A DNA stretch of 63,345 nucleotides, the filler included, from Octopus bimaculoides (taxonomy: Eukaryota), in assembly GCF_001194135.2 (NCBI RefSeq). It is 3 parts of 3 records of this genome, joined end to end, with 100 filler letters (N's around TTAATTAATTAA, not from the genome) between each part and the next. Parts side by side here need not be neighbours in the genome. Positions count along the whole stretch, not along the records: positions 30,066 to 59,602 come from NC_068999.1; positions 59,703 to 63,345 come from NC_068983.1; 1 more part is not named here. One strand, written 5' to 3'. The notes beneath the pieces are model-generated. The model did no database searches. It worked only from the letters and a program-made list of their open reading frames with translations, and was not told the DNA's origin. Positions 54,999-63,345 of the stretch are shown here, one piece after another. Every line of letters begins with the position of its first letter. Position 1 is the first letter of the stretch. The translations under genes and the position numbers were made by a program.

Positions 54999-56323
54999 TG
55001 AGACCCCCCTCGGTCATGACTGACCATGGGATTGCATCTAGAAAGTTACCCTCCAAGGCAAAAGTCAGAGCAAGGTTGTTTTATGGGAGACCAGCAGTCG
55101 ACCATGCATACCGGTCTCCCCTCACCATGCCACCGATGTTATCCAAGGGAAAGGCAAAGGGGCTGATACAACTTAGCACCAGTGACGTCACAACTGTTTC
55201 TACGGCTGAGCAAACTGGAGCAACGTGAAATAAAGTGTCTTGCTCAGGAACACTACATGCAGCCCGGTCTGTGATTTGAACTCATAACCTCATGATCGTA
55301 AGTTCGACACTCTAACCACTGAGCCATATGCCTTCACCATATAGGGCTTTATGGACATGAAACCTAAGGTAATTCCATAAACCAGCCTTGTCTAACTTTA
55401 ATATATATTGCTCTATAACTTAGAGTGTGTGTCCTTTTTCAGCTTTATGTTTACAGACAATCTACTATATATAAACATATATATATATATACATGTATAT
55501 ACATGTGCTAGTGGGACGTAAAAAGCACTATCCGAAGTGGTCGATGCCAGGTCCGTCTGACTGGCTCTTGTGCCGGTGGCACATGGAAAAGCATCAACCG
55601 AATGTGGCCAATGTCAGTATCGCCTGATTGGCCCCCGTGCCGGTAGTGCATAAATAGCACTATCTGAACGTGATTGATGCCAGGCTCGCCTGACTGGCTC
55701 CTGTTTGCATCTCCTTTTACTTGACATTCTACAATAGCTGTAAAATCAAGAGTCACTGTCTTACAAGTGGTGTCGTTTGTTTCCATTCTCCTGTGGAAAC
55801 ATGTCTGGCCATGGAGGAAAAATAGCTTGCTCACAAACAGAAAGGAGAGTTGGCAACAGGGAAGATCATCCAGCCACAGAAAACCTGCCTTGGCCAATTC
55901 TGCATAACCCATGCAAGCATGGAAAAGTGGACATTAAAATGATGATGAATGAATGAATGAATGAATGAATGAATGATATTGACCCATTAGTAAGAAACAT
56001 AAGCAAAGCGAAATGGCTTTAAGAAATAAAAACCACATCAAAGTCTCAAACTAGAGACAGCTTACCGCTGTCTCTTGCTGTATGGCACTTGCCATAATTA
56101 CAGCCATAATTATTCCAACGCTGCAGCTGGTGTGTAACTCTGGTAATAACATTCTTCAATAACCACCAATTCTTTGATACTTCACCTATCTACTACTTAG
56201 CAAGATGCTTGCTATGACCTATAAATGACCTTTGACATATAAACTGTTTAAATATCAGCACTAATTTACATAATATCACTGTGATGTATTCTAAATATTA
56301 TTCACCATTTTACTACTACTACA

Positions 56324-56359
<36 letters not shown>

Positions 56360-56369
56360 NNNNNNNNNN

Positions 56370-56412
<43 letters not shown>

Positions 56413-57223
56413 GATATAACTTTTAACATCAAACTCTAAACTTTTTCAAATTTCAGTGTGGAATCTAACATTTATTTTCTTGGTATTTTTGGTATATTAT
56501 TAACATAATTCTTGAGAATCTAGATTTCTCATCATTTCAACAATATGGAACATATTTTCTTTGTTAAATTTACACAAAAATTATTGAGACCCAAATAAGT
56601 GAAGTTCTAAAACAGAGGTTCTCAACCATTTTTTGTCTACAGACTCATTTGATTCTTATTTTACTCTTCTGGACTCCTCAGAGTAATTCTATGTTTTTTT
56701 TTTTTAAAAAAAAAGACCTTTTTATTTTTTGTAATTAAATATTATTTGGAATTGTATAAATGAAGTTGTTTGAACATTTTGTGGATTGTAGAAGTATGAG
56801 CAATTATTTCACATAAACTTTGACACTCAATATAAAGGCCTTCACCCAGGAACAAAATAAAAAATAAACCAGCCTTGCAGGGTACAAACAAGTGTGTGGA
56901 AAATGAATATGAAAAAAAAAAAATGTGCACTGATGACCCTGGGAGGGTGGTAAGTGGACTTCTGATTTTTCCGTTATAACTTCAGGTAAAATGGATGTAT
57001 CTCTTTTACTCTTTTACTTGTTTCAATCATTTGACTGCGGCCATGCTGGAGCACCACCTTTATAGTTGAGCAAATCAACCCCAGAGCTTATTCTTTGTAA
57101 GCCTAGTACTTATTCTATTGGTCTCTTTTGCTGAACCGCTAAGTGACGGGGACGTAAACACACCAATATCGGTTGTCAAGCGATGCTGGGGGAACAAACA
57201 GACACACAAACACACACACACGC

Positions 57224-57268
<45 letters not shown>

Positions 57269-58217
57269 TATATACATATACGACAGGCTTCTTTCAGTTT
57301 CCGTCTACCAAATCCACTCACAAGGCTTTGGTCGTCCCGAGGTTATAGAAGAAGACACTTTCCTAAAGGAAAGGCATCCAGCCATAGAAAAAAATCTGCT
57401 TCAACAATTCCATCTGACCCATGCAAGCTTGAATATGTGGATGTTACAAAAATGATGATGATTGCAATAATATTTATTCACACACACACACACACACACA
57501 CTTAAGTATTTATTTCTTGATGTATCCATGTTTAGTTCCAATTACCCGCCACCAGCCTACCAAATGTTGTTCATATTCTATCTTAATGATGTGCAATCGC
57601 CTAAAAGCAACCATCTTATGCATCGGAATCATTTCAGTCGTGAACTCATCCATGCTGATTGCAACAATAAGCTCAGACAGAAGAACAATCTCGACCGCAT
57701 CTACTTAACACACACACCGACAACATGCACCAAAATGCGACTTTCAGAACAGACACCGGCTCCAGTTTATACCGAAATATAACAGGAGAGCTTAGCCGCA
57801 TTAAATATTTACAGCGAATCAGTTCCAGCCTGCATAATGGTCAACTGCGTTCATCTCTTAGCTTGACCATTAATTGTGTCAGGTTAAAAGCGAATCAATG
57901 CTATCACAATAAGCTACTTTCTCCGTCTACTTTGGTTAGGGCAATATATTTGCATTGCATTAAGTAAATAGGTGGCACTGCACAAGTTTATTCTTGGAAA
58001 TATTTGAGTGTAATGGAGCCTGTATTGATGTGAACAGGTTAGAATATCGGGAATATCTGCAGACGCTCTCTCTCACTCTCTAGTAGTTCAAAGAAATACC
58101 TCCACAGCATTTAGTATTTGGTACTTCAAGCCTCATGCAACATGATTCATAATTGTGATATACGATGAGTAGATAACAGATTATTATTATTATTATCATT
58201 ATTATTAATATTATTAA

Positions 58218-58254
<37 letters not shown>

Positions 58255-59074
58255 TTTGTTATTATACAAGATGGTGAAGCTGGCAGAATTGTTAGCATGC
58301 CAGGCAAAATGCACATAGGCATGTCGTCCGCCAATATGCTCTAAGTTCAAATTCTACCACGGTCAATTTTGTCTTTGATCCTTTTGAGGTCAATAAATTA
58401 AGTACCAGTAAAACACTGGGGTCGGCATAATCGACTTGTCCCCTCCCGCCAAATTTCTGGCTTTGTGCCTTTAGTAGAAAAGATTATTTCTAATAATAAT
58501 AATAATATTATTAATAATGTTAATAATAATCATCATCATTTAACATCCATTTTCTGTGCTGGCATGGGTTGGATGGTTTGACAGGAACAAGCAGGAAGAC
58601 TACACCAAGCCTTGCACCACCTTTAGTCAAACGAATCAAGCCAGATTCTTTGTAAGCCTAGTGCTTATTCTATCCATCTCTTTTGCTGAACTGCTAAGCT
58701 ACAGGAACATAAACACACCAGCATCAGTTGTCAAGCGATGGTGGGCGGACAAACATAGACACACAAACACACACATACGTGCACACATATATGACAGGCT
58801 TCTTTCAGTTTCTGTCTACCAAATCCACTTACAAGGTTTTGGTCGGCCCAAGGGTATAGTAAAAGACACCTGCCCTAAGTGCTACGCAGTGGGACTGAAC
58901 CCGGAACCATGTGGTTGGGAAGCAAACTTCTTACCACACAGCCAAGCCTGCACCTATATATATATATATATATATATAACAAATAGTAGTATAAACGAAT
59001 ATGAATATAAATATGTGCATTTAAATATACAAGGATATCGGAGTAGTGATTGCAAAATGTGATATTTTGTGTTG

Positions 59075-59109
<35 letters not shown>

Positions 59110-59351
59110 TGTCTGTCTGTAAAAGGGCGTAAATGTGTGCTAAAGTGTGCGTGCTTGTAAAACAGAGCATGTGTCTGTGGGTTTATACATAATAGACTTG
59201 AGGTAAGAAGTGAATCCAAATGTATATACACACACACATATATATATATATATAGCATGTCTGTGTGTAGATGTCTGGTGAGCATGCATGTATATACATG
59301 TGCTTATAAAATAGAGTCTGAGTGTATGCATTTTTGTATTCAAATAGGGTG

Positions 59352-59390
<39 letters not shown>

Positions 59391-59602
59391 GTGTGTATGT
59401 GTGTGTGTGTCAGTATGTCTGAAAATATATGTAAATATATATATATATTTATAAACATATATGTATATATATATGTGTAGATATACACATATGTATATAT
59501 ATGTGTATACATATATACACACACACATACATATACATATATATATATATACATACACACATGTGTGTGAGTATATACATACATGTATATATATATATAT
59601 AT

Positions 59603-59702
59603 NNNNNNNNNNNNNNNNNNNNNNNNNNNNNNNNNNNNNNNNNNNNTTAATTAATTAANNNNNNNNNNNNNNNNNNNNNNNNNNNNNNNNNNNNNNNNNN
59701 NN
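59603..59702. other. Artificial assembly spacer (44 N + TTAATTAATTAA + 44 N)
   Basis: Same as 29966-30065. Confidence 0.93.
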
Positions 59703-61217
59703 ATATATATATATATACATATATACAGCAAGGCACCAGTGACGTCACAACTCATTTCTATAGCTGAGTGAACTGGAGCAATGTGAAATAAAGCATCTTG
59801 CTGAAGAACACAACACAGCTTGGTCCAGGAATCGAACTCACTACCTCATGATTGTGGGCCTGACATTCTAACTACCGAGCCATGTGTACTGGTGAAACTG
59901 TTTTATGAATGTTATAAAATTATATGATATATGGTTTATAAAGCAACATGAATATTCAGTGATTTTCTTGTTCTGAAATATGCAATGCTTCAGCAGGTGA
60001 GTAGCTAAAATTTTAATCTAGATAGGATATGAGTCTATCAATGCTAAATTTTTCCTACAAAAGTCTGTTATCTTTTTCTGGAGGCACATAGACGGCATTG
60101 GAATATTGACTCATGATCTAGTGGATGATAACTTTATATCTTCTCTAGTTGATTAATTCGCCTCTATATTAGGCATTTTATAACTGATAAAAATTTTACT
60201 TGAAGAAAGTTCTAGTAGTGTAGTAAAGGATATCTTTATGCATCACATAGTTTGCAAGCACTTTTGACTCTCTAAATTGCAACTGAGCCTTTTCGTCTCT
60301 TGCCAAGAGGATACCCTCTAATTTTTCAAAATTCTGCAGCCTATCACTTCTCAAGCAAAATGGTTCTAAAACTAGTAGTGCTGCTCGATAAAGCCATTAC
60401 AGTTGCTGCTCAAATTTCCTTTAACTTCTCAAGGTGCACGCATACATGCACACACACATTGACACACACATACATGTGAACACAAACATGCAACTACAGC
60501 TAAACTCTCCTTCTCTGCTCCAACTGTATTATCCCTGTGTACACACAGTTACCAAATGTGAACATTTCTCCAATTACAAATCCTTGTGAAATCCTTGAGC
60601 TGACCTGCTACGAAAAAGTAATCGTTTCTCCCTAAAATCACATTTTTCCATTTCAAATAAGGACACCTTCTTTTTGCTACTATAGTTCAAGACCAAAGTG
60701 GTGAGCTGGCAGAATCATTAGCACATTGGGCAAAATGCTTAGTGGCATTTTGTTTATCTTTGCATTCTGAATTCAAATGTCATCAAGGTCGACTTACCCC
60801 CTCCCCCGAAATTGCTGGCCTTGTGCCAAAAATTTGAAATTAGTATAGTTCTAGATCAAAGATCAGCAATTTCTCTGTGCAATGAGCTACTATTGATCTG
60901 TTTACATTGACCCATGGTCCACCATATTATAGCTGTATCATCATGACTTAACATCCACATTTCCATGCTTGCATAGGTCAGACAAAACATTTGAGGCAGA
61001 TTTTCCTACAGCTGGATGCCCTTCATGTCATCAATACTCACCTGTTTCATAACAAAGTAATATTTTCCTACAACCAGACATGTTTTCATTGATGATTGAA
61101 AATGAAGGACACCACTTGTAGGATGGGGATATTTTTTTGCAACTGTCATGCAATGTCATGGTAAGGAGACAGTAACATACACATATATACATACATACCT
61201 CCCTCTCTCTCTCTCTC

Positions 61218-61252
<35 letters not shown>

Positions 61253-61296
61253 ATATATAAATATATATGCATGTATGTATGTATTATGTATATATA

Positions 61297-61331
<35 letters not shown>

Positions 61332-61703
61332 AGGGATGACCACTAAGTGGACATCCTTTATGCTAGAGATAGACCATCTGCAGTCAAACCACAAAAGAAA
61401 AGAATGTTCTCTAGGGAAATTCATTGTACACCAGAACATGAACGGGCAAGACAAATGAAAATATACAGAATACAGAATTAATCATAGACCAGGTTTTGCA
61501 CATTAATGGATTAATGTAATTTTTACTTACACAACACATCTGTGGCTCATCAGTATGACCGTTCAATTCAATATAATTTGCAGAACAATAGACGAATTGT
61601 CCAACATAAAATTAGACATGTGTACAGTTCTACTGATTACATTGGAGTTATTTTCAAAAGTCCCAGCTCTGGCACGCTTAATACTGGTAACAATTCTGCA
61701 CCC

Positions 61704-61734
<31 letters not shown>

Positions 61735-62492
61735 CACCCTTATTATATATATATATATATATATATATGATGGGATTCTTTTAGTTTCCATCTACTAAAT
61801 CCACTCACAAGGCNNNNNNNNNNTTAGTTTCCATCTACTAAATCCACTCACAAGGCTTTGGTTGGCCTGAGGCTACAGTAGAAGACACTTGCCCAAGGTG
61901 CAATGTTGTAGGACTGAACCCAGACCCATGTGGTTGTGAAGCAAGCTACTTACCACACAGCCACACATATACATACATAAACATATTTCCTTTTTCTTTT
62001 ATTTTTTACTTGTTTCAGTCATTAGACTGTGGCCATGCTGGGGCACCACCGCAAAGAATTTTAGTTGAACGAATTGACCCCAGTACTTATTATTATTTTT
62101 TTAAGGCTGGTACTTATTCTCTTTTGCAGGGTTATCAAGCAGTTATAGGGTACAAACACAGACACAAAAACACATGCACACACAAATACACACACACAAA
62201 TACACACATGAGCATGCACGTGCACACACACACACACAACAAGCTTCTTTCAGTTTTCACCCACCAACTGTACACACAAGGCTGTGGTCTACCCAGTACT
62301 TGCCCAAAGTGTCACACTGTGGGACTGAACCTAGAAACATAGGGTTGGGGTGGAAACTTCTTACCATGCAGCCATGCCTGTTTATACACAGCTTCTAAAA
62401 ATCACTTCGATTTAGTCAATAGCTGTCTTTAAACTTTCTCAGTCATTCCTCCCAGTAATTATTTCTTTAGCATTTAAATCAGCCATACTCAC

Positions 62493-62561
62493 CTCAAATA
62501 TTCTATCTGTTTCATGAACATGTGACCAGATCCAGCCTTACACATCAGCCCAACAATGTCT
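62493..62561 (-). CDS. Putative internal exon of an unidentified gene, DIVGLMCKAGSGHMFMKQIEYL
   Basis: ttgtttatttttaaag| acceptor, GAG|gtgagt donor, 69 nt, one open frame. No homology recognised. Confidence 0.4.
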
Positions 62562-62721
62562 CTTTAAAAATAAACAATCAAATCATCAGAAACTGGAAAC
62601 TCTGAGATAATGCATGATTAATTCAAAACAATGTGAATAAATAAGCATTACATTTGATAGAATAATCTGAATGCTAAAGGGTGAAACATTATCATAGATT
62701 AGAATTATTAACTAAGAACTA

Positions 62722-62816
62722 ATTATAGGGAAACTATTAGTTGTAATGTGGATGAAGGATAATCCAGTTATTGGATTAGCTTTCATTCACATTACAGTTA
62801 CTAGTTTCACCATAAT
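62722..62816 (+). other. Long imperfect fold-back (45 bp, 5-nt loop)
   Basis: Gap-free pairing: 37 Watson-Crick, 4 G-U on the plus strand, 4 mismatches. Confidence 0.85.
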
Positions 62817-62877
62817 CGGTTCTTGGCTTAATGTGGTTAACAAGCATGACAGATGGTTAAAACAATTGGGTACTTGC

Positions 62878-62974
62878 CTATGTGTGAAGGGGATACAAGT
62901 TTGCATTATGTCATCTGTATTAAACTGCATCAGCTTAACTCTTAGCTTGAAACCAAGAGTTCTAAAGTCATTGA
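62878..62974 (-). CDS. Putative internal exon of the same unidentified gene, NDFRTLGFKLRVKLMQFNTDDIMQTCIPFTH(R)
   Basis: Strong ttatttcttacag| acceptor and an open frame. A consensus GC donor (TAG|gcaagt) gives phase 2, which matches the 62493-62561 exon. No homology recognised. Confidence 0.3.
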
Positions 62975-63345
62975 CTGTAAGAAATAAGAGCATTATGCAG
63001 CTGATAAGTACTTCATGAGGATTTAAGGACATGCATATATGAAGATATTTTATCTTTTATTTATTTCAGTCATTGGACTGTGGCCAAGCTGGGGCACCAC
63101 CTTGAAGTGTTTTAGGTGAACAAATCAACCTAAGTACTTACAATTTTTTTTAGTGTTGGTACTTATTCTATCAGTCTCTTTTGCTAAACCACTAAATAAT
63201 GGGGGACATAAACAAATCAAATCTGGTTGTCAGGTGCTGGTGGGGGACAAACTCAAAAACACATACGCAAAGATATATGTATATATGTGTATATGTATAA
63301 TACATACATTCATATATACATACATCTTTATATATATATATATAT

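Noticed and set aside
56053-56075. 9-bp hairpin enclosing a gtaag donor with short upstream ORFs
   Set aside because: No convincing acceptor or homology; this length is within chance expectation. The same applies to the 12-bp AT-rich palindrome at 41928-41954.
61530-61555. CUGAUGAG on the minus strand as another hammerhead
   Set aside because: No downstream GAAA or stem III.
62878-62974. Resemblance of FKLRVKLMQ...TCIPF to the IFT80 N-terminus (MRLKISLLK...SCVGW)
   Set aside because: No start Met, identity far below that of the real IFT80 exon, and it is in a different assembly piece.

Overview
AT-rich, microsatellite- and transposon-dense animal genomic DNA with many N gaps. The SINE/LINE families and simple-repeat load look like an Octopus genome (recognised from memory, not searched). 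Two 100-bp spacers (44 N + TTAATTAATTAA + 44 N) at 29966-30065 and 59603-59702 split the window into three joined pieces whose adjacency is not proven. Piece 1 holds the 5' coding exons of a Drosophila-type timeless (tim1) gene on the minus strand (6371-6470, 3042-3136, 866-927; it continues off the left edge). Upstream of these, in what is probably a long first intron, are a complete TTAA-flanked piggyBac element with a decayed transposase, RTE/CR1/mariner relics and many SINEs. Piece 2 holds one clear IFT80 exon (46163-46300, minus). Piece 3 holds two possible exons of an unidentified gene. The most notable non-coding signals are: (1) minimal hammerhead-ribozyme motifs in Penelope-like short repeats, including a near-identical pair sense to tim; (2) the piggyBac subterminal satellite, which reads as about 17 tandem splice acceptors; (3) two long hairpins with strand-biased G-U pairing; (4) a candidate poison exon in tim. 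Nearly all ORFs in the supplied track are simple-repeat, gap or transposon artefacts. All protein identifications are by-eye comparisons with remembered reference sequences.
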